From positions 270,001-302,000 of the forward strand of contig OZ252021.1 of assembly GCA_965247685.1 (NCBI GenBank): 32,000 bases of DNA, given 5' to 3'. A program made the translations under genes and the position numbers. The notes under the pieces are model-generated. The model did not search any database. It worked only from the letters and a program-made list of their open reading frames with translations, and was not told the origin of the DNA. This DNA comes from Bdellovibrionales bacterium (GTDB lineage: Bacteria > Bdellovibrionota > Bdellovibrionia > Bdellovibrionales > UBA1609). This document shows, in pieces, positions 24,672-32,000 of this stretch (position 1 is the first letter of the stretch; every line of letters starts with the position of its first letter).

Positions 24672-25745
24672 TTATTGTGCTAAAAAAATTGTTCCTCCTC
24701 CAATCAACTGGTTATCCCTATAGATTACTGCAGCTTGTCCTGGTGTGCACGCTTTTTGAGGCTCTTCAAACTGAATAGAACAACTCCCCTCTTGTCGATA
24801 AACACGAGCCCATTGAGCTTGATGCTGGAACCGAATTTTAACTTTTAGCCGCTCTCCATTCTCAAAAGAATCTAACCAATGAGCATCCTTAATTTTAAGT
24901 TTGTCTTTGTATAAATATTTTACTTCACCAAGCCAAACAGTACGAGTACTTGCGTCTATTTGAATCACATAGAGCGGATGAGAGTGGGAAATGCCCAATC
25001 TCTTTCTTTGCCCATAAGTGAAACGGTGAATACCCCCATGTTCTCCTAAAACTTCACCTGTGGGATAAAGCTTCAAAAGACCTGTCTGAACTTCTCTCTT
25101 CTCATTTTCAATAAATTTGACATATCCGCTTTTACCAACAAAACAAAGACCCGTAGAGTCTTTCTTATTGAACACAGGTAATTTTTTATCTTCTGCAATT
25201 TGACGGATAATCGATTTATCCATCCCTCCTACAGGAAAAAGCAAGCAAGATAAGAGGTGTGGCTGAATAGTGAATAAAAAATAAGTTTGATCTTTCCAAC
25301 CGTCCTCACTTTGATAAATTTTCCATTCGTCTTGTGAATTTTTTTTCAACTGTGCATAGTGACCCGTCGCTAAATAGTCACATTCTAATTCTTGCATCTT
25401 ATCTACCAAATAATGAAATTTTAAATATGTATTACAATTAAGACAAGGAATGGGAGTTTGACCTTGATTATAATCTTGAATAAATGGATCAATCACTTTT
25501 TCTTTAAACTGAGACTCACAGTTAATCACATAAAAAGGAATATTTAACATTTGTGAAACTTGACGAGCATCTTCCACATCCACACTGGAACAACAGGTGC
25601 CATAACCCTCCTCACAGTCTTTTTGAGAGTAATCCCACACTTGCATCGTAACACCAATTACTTCATAACCTTGATCCACAAGCAAGGCAGCAGCTACAGA
25701 ACTATCCACTCCTCCACTCATCGCAACTAGTACACGTTTTTTCAT
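24672..25745 (-). CDS. mnmA: tRNA-specific 2-thiouridylase (tRNA 5-methylaminomethyl-2-thiouridine synthesis)
   Basis: 357 aa. PP-loop VAMSGGVDSSVAA, PCLNCN and GLCFVG catalytic Cys regions. Start overlaps the stop of the upstream cysteine desulfurase by 4 nt (25742-25745). Confidence 0.95.
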   Translation of the reverse strand: MKKRVLVAMSGGVDSSVAAALLVDQGYEVIGVTMQVWDYSQKDCEEGYGTCCSSVDVEDARQVSQMLNIPFYVINCESQFKEKVIDPFIQDYNQGQTPIPCLNCNTYLKFHYLVDKMQELECDYLATGHYAQLKKNSQDEWKIYQSEDGWKDQTYFLFTIQPHLLSCLLFPVGGMDKSIIRQIAEDKKLPVFNKKDSTGLCFVGKSGYVKFIENEKREVQTGLLKLYPTGEVLGEHGGIHRFTYGQRKRLGISHSHPLYVIQIDASTRTVWLGEVKYLYKDKLKIKDAHWLDSFENGERLKVKIRFQHQAQWARVYRQEGSCSIQFEEPQKACTPGQAAVIYRDNQLIGGGTIFLAQ

Positions 25746-26923
25746 GCGTCACCTTTGACCTTTAAAGCTCTGAGTCGATCAACAATTTTTTTTAAATCAG
25801 AAGCAAAGGCTTGTAAAGATTCTTTCTGAATTCCTAATCCAAAACTCACTCTGAGGACGCATTGAGCCTCTTCAGGAGAGTAGCCCATCCCCATCAACAC
25901 AGGGCTTGGTAAAATGCTTCCAGAGTGACAAGCCGAACTGACACTGATCGAATAACCCTTCAAATCTAAATTGATCAAGACCGTTTCCGCAAAAACATCA
26001 GGAATTAAAATAGAAGTCACATGTCCCACACGAGGGCTTTGCTGACCAATAAACTGAACGGCAGAAATACCTTTTTCTATGACAGACTCTAATTCATCAC
26101 GATATTTTTCAATGTGCGGAGCTTGCTCTAGAATTTCTTTACCTCTCTCACATACAGTTCCCAAAGCACAAATCGATAATACATTTTCTGTACCTGCTCT
26201 TCTCTTACGCTCCTGAGAACCCCCGTGAATAAGGCTTTCTATGTTCAAACCTTTTTTACAATAAAGAACTCCACAACCTTTCAGAGCATAAAATTTATGA
26301 CCTGATAAGCTTAAAAAATCCACACCTAATTCATTGATGTTTAAAGGAATTTTTCCTAAAGCCTGAACAGCATCCGAGTGAAATAAAGCTCCTACTTGAT
26401 GACTCATTTCGACTAGATCACGAATGGGAAAGATGCATCCCGTTTCGTTATTCACATACATTATAGAAACAAAAGCTGTTCTTTCATCCAAAGCATTTTT
26501 AAATTTTTCTTTATCCAGTTGTCCTGATAGGTTTACAGGAATGACCACAACCTCAAAGCCTTTTTTTTGAGCCCACTTGAGAGTTTGACTGACACTGGGA
26601 TGCTCCACCGAAGAAGTGATGATTTTATTTCTGTCCGAATTAAGAAATGTTTCACAAAGCCCTTTAATGGCATAATTATTCGCTTCACTCCCTCCGCTTG
26701 TGAAAATAAGCTCTAAAGGTTTACACTGAATAAATTGGGCAATATTTTCACGAGCTCTCCAAATAAGAGCACGTACTTCTCGTGCTGGTTTATGACCAGA
26801 ACTCGGATTTCCCCATTTTTGAGACCACTCCAGAATACGGCTAAGAAGACTCTCTAGTAATGGAGTCGTGGCATTATAGTCTAAATAGACACGATTTTCT
26901 TCTCTAAGGACATTTAAACTCAT
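25742..26923 (-). CDS. iscS: Cysteine desulfurase, group I (IscS/NifS type), probably the sulfur donor for MnmA
   Basis: 393 aa, class V aminotransferase. PLP-lysine motif SGHKFYALKG, active-site loop SVSSACHSG (group I SSGSAC-type), HSDAVQALGK. Which paralog name applies (iscS, nifS or yrvO-like) is not resolvable from the sequence alone. Confidence 0.85.
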   Translation of the reverse strand: MSLNVLREENRVYLDYNATTPLLESLLSRILEWSQKWGNPSSGHKPAREVRALIWRARENIAQFIQCKPLELIFTSGGSEANNYAIKGLCETFLNSDRNKIITSSVEHPSVSQTLKWAQKKGFEVVVIPVNLSGQLDKEKFKNALDERTAFVSIMYVNNETGCIFPIRDLVEMSHQVGALFHSDAVQALGKIPLNINELGVDFLSLSGHKFYALKGCGVLYCKKGLNIESLIHGGSQERKRRAGTENVLSICALGTVCERGKEILEQAPHIEKYRDELESVIEKGISAVQFIGQQSPRVGHVTSILIPDVFAETVLINLDLKGYSISVSSACHSGSILPSPVLMGMGYSPEEAQCVLRVSFGLGIQKESLQAFASDLKKIVDRLRALKVKGDA

Positions 26924-27012
26924 AAAATAAACCTATTCATATCAAGATAAACTATAAATACTCCGTTTATAAATAGAGGAAGAGATACAAATGATCAATA
27001 AGGATTTTAAGT

Positions 27013-28596
27013 ATGAAAGATAATAAAGCGTGGCTCAAGCATTTTAGTATCTCTCAAGAACACTCATCTTGCACCTTAAAAGAAGTTTTAAAAAAAGAAC
27101 TTATTCAACAAGGAGATTACAAAAGGTGGGCTTCTTACTACTACAATATGCCTATTTTGAACGTTCAATATTTCAAGGACTATCCTCAATTGAATAAAAA
27201 TCTGTGGAAGAAGTACACTGAAATATGGAATGACTCTACTCTGCCCGTCTTAGAATGGGACAATATTGTTTATGTAGCCTCACTAGAGCCCTCTAAGGTT
27301 CAAATAGACAAAAAAGTAGTTTTTCTACTCACTCACACAAAATGTCTAGAACATCTTTGGAAACAAACACTTTCTCAGTCTCAACCTTCCCAAGAAAACT
27401 TATCTCATCCAAAAAATAAAAAAAATGAAACTTATCGAAAGGAGAGCATATCCAGCGAAGAAGATATTATTATTGATTCCAATTTTCTTCAAAGTTTATG
27501 GACTCTATTCTTGGAGAAGGTGGCTTTTATTTCGCAGTTTTTATCTTCGAATAATTTTCAGTTTTTAAAATCGAACAAAAGTTCTCACCACAACCACATA
27601 GAAAATAAATGGAATAAAATGAACCAAAAGATTCAAAATGCTCATGGATCTCCACCAGAAGTGGCACAAAAGGAAAATACAGTGCCTTCGGAAAAGAAAG
27701 AAATCGTGTCTGTCGCACCACCCACTCAAAATCCCCCTCCAGAAGAAAGCACAATAGCTTTAGCTCGAGATAATGAAAATCAGAAGCCTTCCCACCATAA
27801 AGAAGAAACTTCTACTCCAGAAGAAGGCACAATAGCTTTAGCTCGAGATAATGAAAATCAGAAGTCTTCCCACCACAAAGAAGAAACTTCTACTCCAGAA
27901 GAAAGCACAATAGCTTTAGCTCTAGATAATGAAAATCAGAAGTCTTCCCACCACAAAGAAGAAACTTCTACTCCAGAAGAAGGCACAATAGCTTTAGCTC
28001 TAGATAATGAAGACCAGAAATCTTCCAACAAAGAAAAAACTTCTACTCCAGAAAATCCTCTTCTAAAAGAAAAGACCGCACATTCAGAAAAAGAAATTCC
28101 TCTTCCCGTAGAATCTCCAACTCCACTCGCTGTAAAAGAAAGCAAAATCAATAAGACTCCACCAATGAGCATTTTAAGGCAACAGTTAGAGGAAACAAGA
28201 AAACATATCAATTCTTATATTCTCTTCTTGTTTAAGAAAGGCCAATTTATACCTTACAAGTGGAGCTCCGATTTAGACCCTAAAAAGAAGGTTCTAGGAA
28301 CTACTAAAAATCCTTCTATTTTTAGAATTTGTTACACCAGCAAAATGCCTTATTGTGGAAAAATGGCTCCTGTAATCAACAACAATTATTTTTTTGAAAA
28401 ATGGGGTTTTGAGACCCTCCCTGTCTATGTGGTGATGATTCCTTTTTTGAATGAAAATAAAAAAATCATGGGAGGTTATTTAGGAATCTCCAAAGAGCAT
28501 ATCTATTCTACTAACTTTTTGAATTTTATAGAAAAACTCGTAAAGCCTTTCTCGACATTTTATAATGAACCTCGATTATTGAAAAAGATTGCCTGA
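27013..28596 (+). CDS. Hypothetical protein with central 26-aa x4 tandem repeat
   Basis: 527-aa ORF. The N-terminal ~100 aa (LPVLEWDNIVYVASLEPS) faintly resembles the N-terminal domain of type II secretion/T4P ATPases. The central region is an acidic/His-rich repeat. The C-terminal ~150 aa globular region is unassigned. No catalytic motif recognised. Confidence 0.65.
   Translation: MKDNKAWLKHFSISQEHSSCTLKEVLKKELIQQGDYKRWASYYYNMPILNVQYFKDYPQLNKNLWKKYTEIWNDSTLPVLEWDNIVYVASLEPSKVQIDKKVVFLLTHTKCLEHLWKQTLSQSQPSQENLSHPKNKKNETYRKESISSEEDIIIDSNFLQSLWTLFLEKVAFISQFLSSNNFQFLKSNKSSHHNHIENKWNKMNQKIQNAHGSPPEVAQKENTVPSEKKEIVSVAPPTQNPPPEESTIALARDNENQKPSHHKEETSTPEEGTIALARDNENQKSSHHKEETSTPEESTIALALDNENQKSSHHKEETSTPEEGTIALALDNEDQKSSNKEKTSTPENPLLKEKTAHSEKEIPLPVESPTPLAVKESKINKTPPMSILRQQLEETRKHINSYILFLFKKGQFIPYKWSSDLDPKKKVLGTTKNPSIFRICYTSKMPYCGKMAPVINNNYFFEKWGFETLPVYVVMIPFLNENKKIMGGYLGISKEHIYSTNFLNFIEKLVKPFSTFYNEPRLLKKIA
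27742..28050 (+). repeat. Four in-frame 78-nt tandem repeats (last unit 75 nt)
   Basis: Units start at 27742, 27820, 27898 and 27976. Each encodes EE[SG]TIALA[RL]DNE[ND]QK[PS]SHHKEETSTP. Units are nearly identical at the nucleotide level. Confidence 0.95.
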
Positions 28597-28605
28597 ATTA
28601 ACATA

Positions 28606-29409
28606 TTACCTTTGATAGTAATTCACATCTCTTAGATGCCCTTTAAAACTTGCATTGAAAGCATGGCTTCCATCATTACGACTCACAAAGTAGAAATAAT
28701 CTGTTTTCTTGGGATAAAGTACAGCTTTTAATGACTCATAATCTGGATTAGAAATAGGACCTGCAGGAAAACCTGAGCGAGTATAGGTGTTATATGCTGT
28801 ATCCACTTTAAATCCCGATCGCCCCACTTTTGCAGGAAGAACACCTGTTTCTCGGAGAACGCCATAATAAACAGTCGGATCACTTTGAAGTTTCATTCCA
28901 GCGTTGAGTCGATTGTGAAAGACAGAAGATATAGTAAGTTTTTCCGAATCTTTCAAAGCTTCTTTCTCAATGATACTGGCTAAAGTAGCTACTTCATGCC
29001 GGGACCAATCCAGATTGGAATAAGCAGACAACTCATTGTAAACATCTAAAAATCTACTCACCATCTGTTCTACAAGGTCTGCAGCGTACATATCACGAGT
29101 AATCTCATAAGTACCTGGATAAAGATAGCCTTCTAAACTCTCCACTCTTTTTCTGAGAATTAGGAAGGTTACTTGATCATTCATAGCTGCATTCAAAAAA
29201 GAATTTCGACTCATGAGACCTTCTTTTTCAAGTTTGTCAGCCATATCAAACATATTCATCCGATTATGAAAAGTCACAGTTCGAAACTCTTGTTGTGATG
29301 AAGTATGCACTCTTGAGGAACTACGGAGTGATATATGCCTCGAACCTGCGCAACTGATAAGAAAAAAACTGAATGTTATTATGAAGTATGCTTTCATCAC
29401 AATATTCAA
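28606..29409 (-). CDS. mltG: Endolytic murein transglycosylase MltG (YceG family), short form with lipoprotein-type signal
   Basis: 267 aa. YceG motifs EGYLYPGTYE, LASIIEKEA, VFHNRLNAGMKLQSDPTVYYG, YNTYTRSGFPAGPISNP and YFYFVSRNDGSHAF. The N-terminus MNIVMKAYFIITFSFFLISCAG contains a lipobox-like L-I-S-C. Confidence 0.88.
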   Translation of the reverse strand: MNIVMKAYFIITFSFFLISCAGSRHISLRSSSRVHTSSQQEFRTVTFHNRMNMFDMADKLEKEGLMSRNSFLNAAMNDQVTFLILRKRVESLEGYLYPGTYEITRDMYAADLVEQMVSRFLDVYNELSAYSNLDWSRHEVATLASIIEKEALKDSEKLTISSVFHNRLNAGMKLQSDPTVYYGVLRETGVLPAKVGRSGFKVDTAYNTYTRSGFPAGPISNPDYESLKAVLYPKKTDYFYFVSRNDGSHAFNASFKGHLRDVNYYQR

Positions 29410-29547
29410 TCGGATTTTTAAAAATCAATATTAAACCAAAGTCTGTAAAAAAGAGCTTAAAGTGCATAATTAATATGGATATATGTCAAAATGGAAGCAG
29501 GCACAGTATTTTGAATGTATACATTTTTGACAATACAAAGTACTTTT

Positions 29548-32000
29548 TTATTTCCTGCTTCGACTTAAAAACTTGTTGTTTAAGATATAATGGATATTTA
29601 CCCAAGAAAAGCCCTCAGGCAAGGGGATTTTTTGTCGATTCAATGAATTATCATAGAAGATAATATGTAAATCGCTCCCCAACACTTTCAGTTCCCTAAT
29701 TTTAAGTCTTTGACATTGATTCTGAATCATCACTTGACCGACTAAATTTTTAAGTTCTTCGGGAATAGGGCCAAAACTATCCTGCCATTCTTTTTCTAGA
29801 TCTTTGAGCAAAGAAATGTCTTTTAAATCACACAAATATTTATAATACATCAGCCTGATCTTTTCATAAGGAATGTAAGAGTCTGGAATATAGGCTGCCC
29901 ATGGAAGCTTTACATCTGAATCCTGAAGAACTTCTTCAGAAGATTGCAGACTATTATTCAATATTTCTAAATACAAATCATAACCAATATTTTTGATATG
30001 ACCTGTTTGCTTTGTTCCAAATAATTCCCCTCCTCCTCTCCTCTCTAAATCATAACGAGCAATCTGATACCCGCTATTCCGATGATTGTGTGTCTGTAAA
30101 TAATTAAATCGCTCAACAATAGAAGGCTCAGAAATAAGATTTTCAGGAATAATAAAATAACAATAAGATTGAATATAAGCTCTTCGACCCACTCGTCCTT
30201 TCAACTGATAAAGCTGGCTCATTCCTAATCGGTGAGCATCGTTGATAATAATAGTATGAGTCCTCTCAAAATCCATACCTGTTTCAATAATAGTTGTACA
30301 TAAAAGAACATCATATTGATATTTGAAAAATCTAACTATTTGAGATTCGAGTTCTTGCTCTTTCATTTGCCCATGAGCTATTTCAATTTGAACATGAGGT
30401 AATAAAGATTGAAGTCGATTATAAATTTTTTGTAAACTGTGCACTCGGTTATGTACAAATAAAACCTGACCACCTCTTTGAACTTCATTAAGGATAGCTC
30501 TTTTGATTTTTTCTTCTTGAAAAGAAATCACAGCCGTTTGAGGTAAAAAGCGATTCTTAGGTGGAGTTTGAATCATGCTAATATCTTTCATTCCACTCAA
30601 ACTCATGTTTAAAGTTCGTGGAATAGGAGTAGCAGACATGTAAATGCAATCTATATTGCTTTTCATTTTCTTAAGTTTTTCCTTATGTCGAACTCCAAAG
30701 CGTTGCTCTTCATCAATAATAAATATACCTAAATTTTTAAATTGAACGTCTGAGCTGAGGAGACGATGACTGCCCACTACAATATCCACCTTATGATTTT
30801 GAATATCTTGAATATGAGCCTTTATTTTTTCACGAGAAACCAAACGATTGAGTAATTCAATACGAACTGGGTATTGAGAAAATCTCTTTTTTAAATTTTC
30901 AAAATGTTGAAGAGTTAAAACGGTTGTGGGAGCAAGAAGAGCAGCTTGATATCCATTTTCTACAGCTTTAAACATCGCTCGCATCGCAACTTCTGTTTTT
31001 CCATAACCAGAATCTCCAATAATCAAACGATTCATAGGGCGATCACTTTGCATATCTTTAAAAACATCCTGAACAGCTTTAAGCTGATCAGGAGTTTCCT
31101 CAAACGGAAAATCTTTTTCAAATTGCTGAATGAGTGAAGAATTTTTAAAAGCAGGGCGTTTAATCTTTGCACGAATGGAATACAGCTTGATTAATTCCAG
31201 AACCATTTCTTGAATGGATCTTTGAGCTTGGGCAAGTTTTTTCTTCCAATGAGGCTGACCTAAATGATCTATAACAAATTCTGTCATTTGAGTTTTAAAC
31301 TGAAACAAACGACCCAACTGAGTCACAGGAACATAAAGCTTATCTTGACTTCTATATTCCAATTCCAAAAACTCACGAGTTATCTGATTAATCGTTAATT
31401 TTTTAAGCCCCTTGTAGCGACCTACACCGTTGATACGATCCACAATCAAATCTCCCTCTTTCACTTCTGAAAATTTCAAAGATCGAGCTTTAGTAAAATA
31501 ATTTTTTGGTCTCACGGAAGAAGTGATAGGTTTTCCCAAGAGTTGATCCCCTCTTAAAAAAAGAGAATCTTCCGTTTGAAAGTGAAAAGGAAGTACAGAG
31601 GGAATGAGATGAACCATTTGAGGGGTTTGCACCTGCTCTTCTTTCCAATCATTCCAACACCTTTCATTGGAAGAAAGACTTTGTGTTTTAAAACCTAAAC
31701 GCTTCAGATGAAATTGAATTTGTTCTTTTTGGCTTTCACTTTGAAAATTAATAAAAATAAAATTATTTTTATTATCTTTTAAGGATGTCCAAGATAAATT
31801 TTGATTCAAAATTTGAATAGGCCAAACATTAGAGGTGCCTTGAATGAGAGAGTGTAAAAATACAGACGAAGATATAGAAGGTAGTTTTTTCATATGGAAC
31901 TGACGAACAAGATAGGAATTAAAATTTTCTTCAGTTTTTGAAGATTCCATTGGAGTTTCATTTTTGGAAGGTTGAGACTCATCGACCCAAAGAACAACAG
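29548..32000 (-). CDS. mfd: Transcription-repair coupling factor Mfd (5' end probably beyond right window edge)
   Basis: RNAP-interacting/CarD-like segment GDLIVDRINGVGRYKGL. Walker A GDSGYGKTEVAMRA, DEEQRFGV, SATPIPRTL, TTIIETGMDF and QLKGRVGR helicase motifs. First in-window ATG is at 31950, but the frame stays open (no stop) from 31951 to 32000, so the true start may lie outside the window. Confidence 0.93.
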   Translation of the reverse strand, partial: VVLWVDESQPSKNETPMESSKTEENFNSYLVRQFHMKKLPSISSSVFLHSLIQGTSNVWPIQILNQNLSWTSLKDNKNNFIFINFQSESQKEQIQFHLKRLGFKTQSLSSNERCWNDWKEEQVQTPQMVHLIPSVLPFHFQTEDSLFLRGDQLLGKPITSSVRPKNYFTKARSLKFSEVKEGDLIVDRINGVGRYKGLKKLTINQITREFLELEYRSQDKLYVPVTQLGRLFQFKTQMTEFVIDHLGQPHWKKKLAQAQRSIQEMVLELIKLYSIRAKIKRPAFKNSSLIQQFEKDFPFEETPDQLKAVQDVFKDMQSDRPMNRLIIGDSGYGKTEVAMRAMFKAVENGYQAALLAPTTVLTLQHFENLKKRFSQYPVRIELLNRLVSREKIKAHIQDIQNHKVDIVVGSHRLLSSDVQFKNLGIFIIDEEQRFGVRHKEKLKKMKSNIDCIYMSATPIPRTLNMSLSGMKDISMIQTPPKNRFLPQTAVISFQEEKIKRAILNEVQRGGQVLFVHNRVHSLQKIYNRLQSLLPHVQIEIAHGQMKEQELESQIVRFFKYQYDVLLCTTIIETGMDFERTHTIIINDAHRLGMSQLYQLKGRVGRRAYIQSYCYFIIPENLISEPSIVERFNYLQTHNHRNSGYQIARYDLERRGGGELFGTKQTGHIKNIGYDLYLEILNNSLQSSEEVLQDSDVKLPWAAYIPDSYIPYEKIRLMYYKYLCDLKDISLLKDLEKEWQDSFGPIPEELKNLVGQVMIQNQCQRLKIRELKVLGSDLHIIFYDNSLNRQKIPLPEGFSWVNIHYILNNKFLSRSRK

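Overview
AT-rich, Gram-negative-type bacterial window with two contrasting halves. (1) Positions 1-14428 are an accessory head-to-tail array of at least nine co-oriented minus-strand paralogous genes: eight complete, plus one that runs off the left edge and so is missing from the ORF track. Every copy encodes a near-identical Sec signal peptide and a ~190-aa trypsin/HtrA-like (chymotrypsin-fold) serine protease domain with all three catalytic motifs intact. This is followed by a conserved Cys-x7-Cys linker and a variable number (1 to 11) of 36-aa Sel1-like repeats (SLR). The copies are separated by strongly conserved spacers/leaders. Differences between copies are concentrated in four loop segments flanking the catalytic residues and are shared between copies in a mosaic pattern. 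The spacers carry deletion and duplication scars. Together these point to ongoing recombination or gene conversion. This array is the most interesting and possibly undescribed system in the window. (2) Positions 14.4-32 kb are mostly housekeeping. At the array border lie a small basic ORF and a divergent orphan beta-class (DPPY) DNA methyltransferase. Then come purC, a degenerate Rossmann-like hypothetical protein coupled to purM, three small outer-membrane beta-barrel proteins, der, rnc, an MtaB-type methylthiotransferase, and mnmA overlapping a cysteine desulfurase gene. The window ends with a hypothetical protein carrying four 78-nt tandem repeats, mltG, and mfd (N-terminus beyond the right edge). 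No rRNA, tRNA, CRISPR, transposase or integrase genes were recognised.
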